From NCBI GenBank assembly GCA_903824515.1, contig CAIJXA010000079.1, positions 1-36,266 of the forward strand: a stretch of 36,266 nucleotides of DNA, given 5' to 3'. Shown one piece after another: positions 27,006 through 34,760 of the stretch. Position numbers and translations under genes: made by a program. The first letter of the stretch is position 1. Every line of letters starts with the position of its first letter. Below the pieces are notes generated by a model that was not told the origin of the DNA, searched no databases, and worked only from the letters and a program-made list of their open reading frames with translations. This stretch comes from an uncultured bacterium (GTDB taxonomy: Bacteria; Patescibacteriota; Minisyncoccia; Moranbacterales; GWC2-37-73).

Positions 27006-28763
27006 CTAGAACTTCTGCTTCTCCCAGAGTTCATAGAGCCTGCCCTTGGCGCCGTAGAGTTGCTCAAAACTGCCGGACTCGATCAGCTGGCCATTTTCAA
27101 TCACAAGAATTTTGTCCATTTCGCGAATAGTGGTCAGCCGATGAGCAATGACAACAGCAGTGACTTTTCTGAGAAATTTGTGCAGCGAATCTTTGATTTT
27201 TTCTTCCGATTCCAAATCCAGGTGTGAAGTGGCTTCATCCAAAAACAAAATCTCTGGTCGCTTATAGACCGCTCTGGCGATGCCAAGCCGCTGACGCTCG
27301 CCGCCAGAAAGCTTCACTCCCTTTTCTCCAATAAAAGTTTCCAGTCCGCCGGAAAGCTTTTTCAAGAAATCTGTCACATGCGCAATATCAAGAGCATTTT
27401 TCAAATCCTGTTGGTTTTGTTTTTTTGGACTGACAATTGTTATGTTTTCTCGCAAGGTGAAATTGAAAACCTCAGTATCCTGCAAAACCACCCCAACTTG
27501 CTTGAAATATGAACGCTTCTTTATTTTTCGCAGTGGCACGCCGTCAAACAGAATATCCCCACTGTAGCTCTCATTCTCTTTCATCAATAGCTTCATCAAG
27601 GTTGACTTGCCCGCCCCAGAAAGCCCAACAATGCCAACTCGCTCACCGCGCTTGATCTCAAAGGAAATGTTTTTCAAAATCTCATTTTTCCCATAAGAAA
27701 ATGACAAATTTTTAACAGCGATTGTTTTCCAGTCGCTCGGCAGATTAACTTTATTTTTTTCACTATCAATTAGAATTGGTTCATCCAGTGTTCTCTGCAT
27801 GCGAGCTATGCCATATTTGCAAACAATCAAATCCTGTGCGGCTTCGGACAATTCCTCAACTGATGCAGCAAGATTATTGAAATAGCCATTAAAAAGAACC
27901 AGCAGTCCAACTGCATAATGACCATTCGCAATTCCATAGGCGACCATTATCAAGATGCCAAATCGAAATAAAACAGTCCAGCCACCAAGAATCAATGCCC
28001 GCGTTTGAAAACTAAAAACTCGCTGCTGGATTATCGCAAAAAGTCCAGCAACCTGAATGTTGATCATCTTGAGAATATTTTCCGTCATTGCCAAAACCTT
28101 TACAGTTCTGATGCTATGGATGATTTGAAACATCAAGCCTGAAACATCCTCTTCCATGGCGTCAACCCTTTGAGAGACAGCCTTTGCTCTTCCGAGCATA
28201 AAAAAAGAAATGGCAAAATATGTTATCAAGAAAACGACCATAACAACGCCAATAAGCTTGTCAACAGTGCTCAGGATAAAAATCATACCAATAAAGTCAA
28301 CTGCGATTTGAATAAAGCTATTGATCCACATTTGCAGAATTCGCTTCAAACCATCCCCGCCTTTTTGAATCCTTTTCATTTTATTGCCAGCATTTTCTTT
28401 TTCATGCCAAGCAATGTCAAGCAAAGAAAGATGCCTGACCATCTCGAGCTGACTGTCGAGCGAAACTTTTTCCACGATTTGATAGCCAATATATTTTGCA
28501 GAAAATCTCAAAGAATGATTCACGAGATATGCCACAAACATGAAAAGAGTAACCATCCAAAAATATCGCAGTGATTGTCCAGTATTATACTGACTAAAGA
28601 AAGTCACAATCAAAGCGAAGCCATATGCTATATACAAATGTGAAATATCACTAATCAGCCTGAGCAATGAGGCCACGAAGAAACGCCACCTGTATGGCCT
28701 TAAAAATTTTCCAAGATCTCTGATGAGTGACCAGTTTGAATAAGCAATTAAATCTTTTTTCAT
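27006..28763 (-). CDS. ABC exporter, fused permease/ATPase (MdlB/MsbA-like)
   Basis: TM domain plus GLSGAGKS, LSGGERQR, DEATSHLD, IAHRL; start reset to ATG 28763. Confidence 0.92.
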   Translation of the reverse strand: MKKDLIAYSNWSLIRDLGKFLRPYRWRFFVASLLRLISDISHLYIAYGFALIVTFFSQYNTGQSLRYFWMVTLFMFVAYLVNHSLRFSAKYIGYQIVEKVSLDSQLEMVRHLSLLDIAWHEKENAGNKMKRIQKGGDGLKRILQMWINSFIQIAVDFIGMIFILSTVDKLIGVVMVVFLITYFAISFFMLGRAKAVSQRVDAMEEDVSGLMFQIIHSIRTVKVLAMTENILKMINIQVAGLFAIIQQRVFSFQTRALILGGWTVLFRFGILIMVAYGIANGHYAVGLLVLFNGYFNNLAASVEELSEAAQDLIVCKYGIARMQRTLDEPILIDSEKNKVNLPSDWKTIAVKNLSFSYGKNEILKNISFEIKRGERVGIVGLSGAGKSTLMKLLMKENESYSGDILFDGVPLRKIKKRSYFKQVGVVLQDTEVFNFTLRENITIVSPKKQNQQDLKNALDIAHVTDFLKKLSGGLETFIGEKGVKLSGGERQRLGIARAVYKRPEILFLDEATSHLDLESEEKIKDSLHKFLRKVTAVVIAHRLTTIREMDKILVIENGQLIESGSFEQLYGAKGRLYELWEKQKF

Positions 28764-28785
28764 TTTACGCTTGCATAAACACGGA

Positions 28786-29115
28786 TTATTTCTTTCTTTT
28801 TGAGATATTTGTTTCTTTCTTCTTGACCTCGATTTCTTTCTCCTTTTTTTCAACCTTGAAAAGTCTGGTCAAATAAAGTGAAATCACGACCACCAGGATG
28901 GTCATCACGACGGCATAGAGAAACTTGGCTTGCAAGCCATTTCGTGGATCAGAAAAGAATCTTTCAATGAAAGCTTTGATTGCTTCGTTCCAAGCTAGGC
29001 CGGCGACTAGTCCGAAACTCGTGAGAATATAGCCCAAGGTTTTTTCACGAATTTCCCTTTCGAGTTCAATTCCCTTGTCTTTAATTGTTACCATTTTTTC
29101 TTTGATTTGTTGCAT
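28786..29115 (-). CDS. DUF5654-like small membrane protein
   Basis: FGLVAGLAWNEAI...KFLYAVVMT pattern. Confidence 0.75.
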   Translation of the reverse strand: MQQIKEKMVTIKDKGIELEREIREKTLGYILTSFGLVAGLAWNEAIKAFIERFFSDPRNGLQAKFLYAVVMTILVVVISLYLTRLFKVEKKEKEIEVKKKETNISKRKK

Positions 29116-29116
29116 T

Positions 29117-29261
29117 TACCCCGTCAAATAAGATTTGAGTTTTCCTGAGAAAAAACAACGCCTATTATATTTTAATTTATTATTATAATTTCATCCTTAA
29201 ACCAATCACTCAAATCTTAATTTTAAAAAATAGTAATTTTTTAAAATTATTTCACTGGGTG
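29117..29261. repeat. MITE-like element with imperfect terminal inverted repeats
   Basis: taccccgtcaaataa...ttatttcactgggtg; inner taagatttgagt/actcaaatctta pair. Confidence 0.6.
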
Positions 29262-29266
29262 AATTT

Positions 29267-29950
29267 TTAAAATAGTTTATTGGCTGGTTTGTCAAAAGTC
29301 ATTTTGCGATATACTGCCCGAGTCGTCTCAACATCTCTTTTGCAATATTCCAAAATATCATTCACTTTTCCATCGGCAAAAAATTGCGCCACCTGTGAGC
29401 CATCGATTCCTTCATCTTTTGGAGATGGAATGTCCAAAGCTAATGCCAACTTCTCAAGACCAATTGAGCTGTTGCTCCATTTCGCCCATTCGCGCATCGT
29501 GTCATAGATTGGGTAATTTCGATAACGAGCAAAATTCAGCTCATAGGCTGGTTTCACATTTAAAACAATAGAGCGTTGATAGATAAATCGCAAATCAAAA
29601 TCCATCACGTTATGGCCAACAAATTGCACGCCATAGTCCGGACCGCCATAGCCGCCGCGTGATGGCGAGCTGATTGAATCCACAATTTCCCAAAAACGCT
29701 TCAGGGTCTGGCGTTCATTGTTTTCATGATAGAGATTCTCTGGTGCGCCATCATCAATCGCAAAACCAATACACAAAATGCGACCAAAAGCCCCGTCAAA
29801 ATTGGTCGCTCCCACAAAAGCTTCAAAAGTTTCGCCTTCATTTTTTTCACTTCCCTGCTTGGCGACTTTTTTTTCATATAGTTTTTTCAAAATTTCCAAC
29901 TTGTCCTCCCCCGCCGGCAAAGTTTCGATGTCTAAAAATATTTTTCGCAT
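29267..29950 (-). CDS. PolB-like 3'-5' exonuclease (DEDD, RNase H fold)
   Basis: FLDIET, GHNVMDFD, YDTM, YCKRDV. Confidence 0.87.
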   Translation of the reverse strand: MRKIFLDIETLPAGEDKLEILKKLYEKKVAKQGSEKNEGETFEAFVGATNFDGAFGRILCIGFAIDDGAPENLYHENNERQTLKRFWEIVDSISSPSRGGYGGPDYGVQFVGHNVMDFDLRFIYQRSIVLNVKPAYELNFARYRNYPIYDTMREWAKWSNSSIGLEKLALALDIPSPKDEGIDGSQVAQFFADGKVNDILEYCKRDVETTRAVYRKMTFDKPANKLF

Positions 29951-30061
29951 AATGTTTATTTTTTCAATTTTTATCTTTTAATTATACCATATAAAACAGA
30001 AAAACCCACCAACAGATGAGCTTTCTGCGATGGGCTTGTTTATGGTTTGTATTTTTCAACC

Positions 30062-30283
30062 TTAATCCTTCTCTGAAGAATAAAAATCTTCAGGAAGCCT
30101 TGCTGGACATTTTTCAGGCGTGTCCGTTGGCTGATTCACAGACACAATCTTCCCTGCGGGTGTTTCTTCAACTCCTGGAGAATTATAAGGATTCCTCCTT
30201 CTATTAACATGGACTATCCTCACAACTGCTACTCTTGGTGTCCCCGCTGATTCCTGCTTAGATCCCGCATCTTCTTTCTGCAT
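30062..30283 (-). CDS. Small hypothetical protein
   Basis: ATG ORF filling the gap, with TACAAT upstream and a hairpin plus U-tract downstream (30001-30036). Confidence 0.4.
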   Translation of the reverse strand: MQKEDAGSKQESAGTPRVAVVRIVHVNRRRNPYNSPGVEETPAGKIVSVNQPTDTPEKCPARLPEDFYSSEKD

Positions 30284-30367
30284 GGCTTCAATTTTTAAAG
30301 AGTTTTTGAGACTATTGTATTTTCAGAAAAATCAAAAAAATATTTCCTACAACCTACCACCTAATTC

Positions 30368-30961
30368 CTACAAAACTCTGAGCTGCTCAACAATCTTCGC
30401 ATATTCAGGGATTGTTTGCGCCACGAGGTTCCAGAAGCGCTTGGAATGGTTAAATTCCTTGAGGTGGCAAAGTTCATGGACGATGATATAGTCAGCGTGG
30501 CGTTGCGGCAACAGCAGGATTTTGTAGTTGAAATTAAGGTTACCTTTGGATGAGCAGCTTCCCCAGCGGGTTTTTTGGTTGCGAATGGCAACTCCCTTAT
30601 AATTGAAACCATAGACTGCATTAAATTTCTCCAGCCGCTTGGCCACCATTTCGCGGGCGTGTTCTTTGAGTTTGAGATATTCCACGTGATCGTGACGGGC
30701 AAAAAGGCTGCTCTTGCCAATTTTTTTCATCGCCTTCATTTTTTCCAAAACCCACTCGGCATTTTTCTTGATAAACTCATCTGCACTCAAAAAGCCCATG
30801 CGCCAAGGCAGGGTAACAACACAGTTTCCGTCGCAATAAATAGCCAGCTTAAGCCTTTTTGCGGTTCGGTGTTTTCTGACGGTATATTCAATTTTCTCGC
30901 TACCCAGCGTTACTTTCTTAATAATACCCATTTCTTCAATTTTATGGCTTAATATATTCAC
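30368..30961 (-). CDS. YgjP/DUF45 (M48/SprT-like) zinc metallohydrolase
   Basis: QKTRWGSCS, YIIVHELCHL, NHSKRFW; start may be ATG 30931. Confidence 0.88.
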   Translation of the reverse strand: MNILSHKIEEMGIIKKVTLGSEKIEYTVRKHRTAKRLKLAIYCDGNCVVTLPWRMGFLSADEFIKKNAEWVLEKMKAMKKIGKSSLFARHDHVEYLKLKEHAREMVAKRLEKFNAVYGFNYKGVAIRNQKTRWGSCSSKGNLNFNYKILLLPQRHADYIIVHELCHLKEFNHSKRFWNLVAQTIPEYAKIVEQLRVL

Positions 30962-32148
30962 TATTGTTTGATTAATAAGTTATAGCTTGTTACTGCTTGA
31001 TTGTAAAGCGGGATGAGATTGTTGTACGACCTTACATCCGCTTTATATTTTTTCAATAAACTGTTGTATTTTTCCGCTCCAGTATTATATTTTTCAAAAT
31101 TTTGATCATTTTTCAAATTATCCAGATCATCTTTCTGACTATCCAAATTTGACAATTCTTGAGTTATGACTTTTTTTTGATTCCCAAGCTGAGCAATTAA
31201 AGCTTTCATTTTTGTTTTCAACTGAACAATCTCGGCTTCAATTTTTCTCGTTTCAATAATCCCAGCATATTCTTTTCCGGTTGAACTTTGATAAATCGTC
31301 ACCTGACCAAGCTCTTGAAGATTTTTTTCCTGCTGTTGATTCTGGTCAAAATTTGCAAGCTCTTTGACGTCCACAGTTTTATTGCTTTGAGCGTCAAACT
31401 GTGGAATGATTCCAATCTTATTTCCTACACTCGTAGTCTCGCTGTAACAGTAGCCACTTCCATAAGTTGAATAGCTTTTCGGACACTCAACACCAATAGC
31501 CATGTGGTTGTCCTGCTCATAAGCAAAAATTGCAACCCCGTAGCCCATTTTTCTCAAAATCGCAAGGGCCAACAAACTCTTATCACTGCAGACACCTTTC
31601 TGCTGGAAAAGAGTTTCATATGGATAAAGCATTGTTTCGCTGCCATTTTTAGCCAAGATATTGCTGGCCTTGGCATCGTCATACTCAATAGCTTGCACAA
31701 AAGCCAATGTCAGCTCAACAACTTGATCACTGCTCAAATTGTGCTTATCGCCAAGTGCTTGCAGGCTGGTTGCTAGTTGCGAAATTGTTTGGTCAACCTC
31801 GTTTGCTTTCAAAAACATTCCATAATATTTATCTTCCCAATCTGCAGGAAGCTGGCCACTATAAGAATAAGTCTTGGGCTGGTTTTGATAATATGCATAA
31901 ACAGATTGATACAAAGTGAGTGGCAATTCATATTTCACATCTTTATAGTTCCAGGGGAAGGTTTTGATGGTGGGCTCGGTTAACTGAGGAAAGGGTTGCT
32001 TGGCGACTTGCTGCATCTTTCTTTCCAGTGCTGGTGAAACCTGGCCAATAGTATGAATTCCTCTTTTTTCTGCAATATACCAAAGTACCCCCGTGATGAT
32101 TACGAGTTCAAGGGAAACAATTATAAATTTTTTGAAAAAATTCCTCAT
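30961..32148 (-). CDS. Membrane-anchored transglutaminase-like protein with C-terminal coiled coil
   Basis: N-terminal TM; FVQAIEYD, PYETL..KGVCSDKS, HMAIG, YCYSETT (Cys-His-acid triad pattern). Confidence 0.7.
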   Translation of the reverse strand: MRNFFKKFIIVSLELVIITGVLWYIAEKRGIHTIGQVSPALERKMQQVAKQPFPQLTEPTIKTFPWNYKDVKYELPLTLYQSVYAYYQNQPKTYSYSGQLPADWEDKYYGMFLKANEVDQTISQLATSLQALGDKHNLSSDQVVELTLAFVQAIEYDDAKASNILAKNGSETMLYPYETLFQQKGVCSDKSLLALAILRKMGYGVAIFAYEQDNHMAIGVECPKSYSTYGSGYCYSETTSVGNKIGIIPQFDAQSNKTVDVKELANFDQNQQQEKNLQELGQVTIYQSSTGKEYAGIIETRKIEAEIVQLKTKMKALIAQLGNQKKVITQELSNLDSQKDDLDNLKNDQNFEKYNTGAEKYNSLLKKYKADVRSYNNLIPLYNQAVTSYNLLIKQ

Positions 32149-32227
32149 AAGTGTTTAAAATAATATCTCTAATACGCCAGACACAACTTTATTATTCCGA
32201 AAAATCTCCGGAACGACACAGGGAAGC

Positions 32228-32623
32228 CTATTTGAGAAAATACCCCGTTATTTCATCTTTAATCTCCTGCGGTTTCAAGTCTGTTCCAAGGAGCTCATCA
32301 AAACTGACCCAGGAAAGCTCATAAAAATTCTCTTCACAATTCCTCTCCATTTCGGGGCCTCCCAACTTCTCCTGACCGGAAATGTTTTTAGCCATAAAGA
32401 AATATTCATGTCCTCTTGCGCCATCAAATTCAAAAAACAATTCACCGATCTCGACATTCAATCCTGTCTCCTCCCTGATCTCCCTGACTGCCGCAAGTTG
32501 CGAAGTTTCACCTTCCTCAATCGTTCCGCCAGGAACAGTGAAATATTCCAGACTGTTTTTTCTCCTATGCATCAGAAGAATTTTTTCATTTTTGATTATT
32601 ATTACAGCCGCTCGTAAGCTCAT
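32228..32623 (-). CDS. NUDIX hydrolase
   Basis: Nudix box GGTIEEGETSQLAAVREIREETGL; start reset to ATG 32623. Confidence 0.9.
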   Translation of the reverse strand: MSLRAAVIIIKNEKILLMHRRKNSLEYFTVPGGTIEEGETSQLAAVREIREETGLNVEIGELFFEFDGARGHEYFFMAKNISGQEKLGGPEMERNCEENFYELSWVSFDELLGTDLKPQEIKDEITGYFLK

Positions 32624-32632
32624 ATGATTTTG

Positions 32633-32767
32633 CAAATTTAGTCGGGATGCCGGGAATTTCACGTCGCCAAACTCCTTGAAACCTTGCGGTTTCAAATCTT
32701 CCACCCCGGGAAAACCCAGGTTTTCCCGACCCCTTTCTTATTCAATTCCCGAAAAATTTAAGTGGTT
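32633..32767 (-). mobile_element. 135-bp tRNA-associated palindromic element with duplicated tRNA 3' end
   Basis: 26-bp direct repeat (25/26) at 32633-32658 and 32768-32793; internal hairpins ttgaaacc/ggtttcaa and cgggaaaacc/ggttttcccg, closed by cgggaatt/aattcccg. Confidence 0.65.
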
Positions 32768-32776
32768 CAAATTTAG

Positions 32777-32847
32777 TCGGGATGCGGGGAATTGAACCCA
32801 GGCTACAAGACCCCTGGCCTTGCGTACTGCCATTATACTACATCCTG
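32777..32847 (-). tRNA. tRNA-Pro, atypical (anticodon AGG in standard register; no encoded CCA)
   Basis: CAGGATG-TA-GTAT-AATGGCA-GTAC-G-CAAGG-CCAGGGG-TCTTG-TAGC-CTGGG-TTCAATT-CCCCG-CATCCCG-A; C1:G72, A73, G35, G36. Confidence 0.8.
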
Positions 32848-32879
32848 ATTACAAACATAATGATATCAAATTAAAAAAC

Positions 32880-32906
32880 AAAAACTGATCACATTGATCA
32901 GTTTTT
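32880..32906 (-). terminator. Intrinsic terminator after ndk
   Basis: aaaaactgatca-cat-tgatcagttttt. Confidence 0.7.
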
Positions 32907-32946
32907 GTCATCTTTCAAAAGCTAGCATTTTCAAGACTAAATGAAA

Positions 32947-33549
32947 CTATTCCAAGATTCCATCCAAATTAACATCATACAACATTTGTTCAGCAATAGA
33001 TCGATAGTTGATGATTTCTTCTTCATCAAACCAAATTTTGATTTCCCTTTCCGCTTCGGAAGGTTTGTCCGAACAATGAATCAAGTTTCGCACTGCGCGA
33101 CCATCGATTCCTGCGAGGTCATATGAATCCAAAGTCAAATCTCCACGGATTGTTCCAATATCAGATGTAAGCGGCTCTGTTCCTCCGACAAGCTTGGTCA
33201 CGATTCCAACAGCCTGATTTCCTTCAATCACCATTGCAAGCACCGGTCCCGATGTCATGAATGTCACCAATTGACCGATGATATCACGACCATATTCAAT
33301 AGCCTCTTTTTCAATCGGCAAATTGTTTTCCTTGCGACCGTTTACAATTCTTTCGCCTTTCGACAAAAACCATACCTCGTCTTTGTTGTAGTGTGCCCAG
33401 CATTGCTCAGCTTTTGGCACCAACAATCGCATCGCTGTGATTTTTAGTCCTGTTCTTTCAAAGCGAGAGATGATTTCACCGATAAAATTCCTTTGAATTG
33501 CATCTGGCTTAAGGATGACAAATGTCCTTTCCTTTTTTGGGTGTACCAT
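32947..33549 (-). CDS. ndk: Nucleoside-diphosphate kinase (long form)
   Basis: ERTFVILKPDAIQR, FMTSGP, GTIRGD, NLIHCSD. Confidence 0.95.
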   Translation of the reverse strand: MVHPKKERTFVILKPDAIQRNFIGEIISRFERTGLKITAMRLLVPKAEQCWAHYNKDEVWFLSKGERIVNGRKENNLPIEKEAIEYGRDIIGQLVTFMTSGPVLAMVIEGNQAVGIVTKLVGGTEPLTSDIGTIRGDLTLDSYDLAGIDGRAVRNLIHCSDKPSEAEREIKIWFDEEEIINYRSIAEQMLYDVNLDGILE

Positions 33550-33732
33550 AGTTTTTTGATAATTTATGATTTAACTAAAATGTTTTATTTTCAAAGCTTA
33601 GCAGAATAATTAGGTTTAATCAAGACTCCAAGTAATTAATAATTGGTCATCTGTCATCACGAAAGAGTTAGCACAGTGAGTTTATTATTGATTAGTGATT
33701 ACTGATTACTGGTGACTTTTCTTAAATTATAT

Positions 33733-34596
33733 TTATAAAGTTTTTAAAACACATTTTCCATCATTTTGGCAATCATATTCCACATCGCCTCTTTCATCTG
33801 TTCGAAAAGTATTTATTCTGTGAGCTGACAGTCTTTGCAAAACTTCCTGATTTGGATGTCCATAGGAGTTATTTTTGCCAACAGAAATAATTGCATCAAC
33901 AGGCCGTACCTGATCAAGGAAATAACTGCTGGTTGCATATTTGGAACCATGATGAGCGACTTTCAAGAAATTAGCATTCACATCAACACCATTGTCCAAT
34001 AATTCATTTTCCTGCGTTGTTGGCAAGTCGCCAGTAAACAAGAATTTATTGTCGCCAACTGTCAATTTGGCAACCACGCTATACATATTAGTATCCTTGC
34101 CGTTAATATCAATTACCGATTCAAAAGGATACAAAATTTGCAAAGTTGACCCATTGGAAAAGGTGATGGCCACATCCTTTTTGGCTTCAACTTTTTCAAT
34201 ACCAGCTTCAGCAATCATTCCCTCCAGTTTCTTGAAAGTTTGCGAATCATTTTGCATTTTAGTCTCCATTACACTGCCAACCTTGTATGCGCTCACGACA
34301 TCAACCAATCCTCCAATATGATCCTGATCAGAATGAGTTTCAATGATGGTTTCGATATTGCGATCCCAAAATGGAATATACCTCCCCAATTTTTCCAAGA
34401 GCAGTTTTCCGTCCTTACCTCCATCAATCAGCACCTGCTGTGAGCCTTGCGAAATCAAGATTGCGTCACCTTGTCCAATATCAAGAAAAACGACGCTCAA
34501 GGCCTCATTCTTGCCCTGCAAAACGACAACACTCAGGATTATTGCCAGAGCGAAAAGACCGCAGATGATGGAAAAAAATATTTTACGATTACGCAT
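33733..34596 (-). CDS. ComEC-associated metallo-beta-lactamase-fold nuclease (stand-alone C-terminal domain)
   Basis: DIGQGDA, THSDQDHIGG, FTGD, KVAHHGS, NSYGHP, RTD. Confidence 0.9.
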   Translation of the reverse strand: MRNRKIFFSIICGLFALAIILSVVVLQGKNEALSVVFLDIGQGDAILISQGSQQVLIDGGKDGKLLLEKLGRYIPFWDRNIETIIETHSDQDHIGGLVDVVSAYKVGSVMETKMQNDSQTFKKLEGMIAEAGIEKVEAKKDVAITFSNGSTLQILYPFESVIDINGKDTNMYSVVAKLTVGDNKFLFTGDLPTTQENELLDNGVDVNANFLKVAHHGSKYATSSYFLDQVRPVDAIISVGKNNSYGHPNQEVLQRLSAHRINTFRTDERGDVEYDCQNDGKCVLKTL

Positions 34597-34650
34597 CAAA
34601 ATTAATTTAAAATGTAAATCTCAAAATGAAAAATGACAATGTAAAAATAT

Positions 34651-34732
34651 AAATGGTATTGATACCCCAACGAGCCCCTGACTCTTCAGACTCACGAGGT
34701 AGGATATGCCACTAGTTTTGCTAGATAATAAA
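34651..34732. repeat. Family F element, degenerate copy 3
   Basis: ggtattgatacccc...cttcagactcacgagg...gctagataataaa. Confidence 0.65.
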
Positions 34733-34760
34733 AATTACATCCCCTCTTTTCATTTTAACA

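Noticed and set aside
32633-32658. Prophage or genomic island att site bounding the NUDIX-to-ABC region
   Set aside because: The two repeats are only 135 bp apart; no integrase or third att copy was seen in the window
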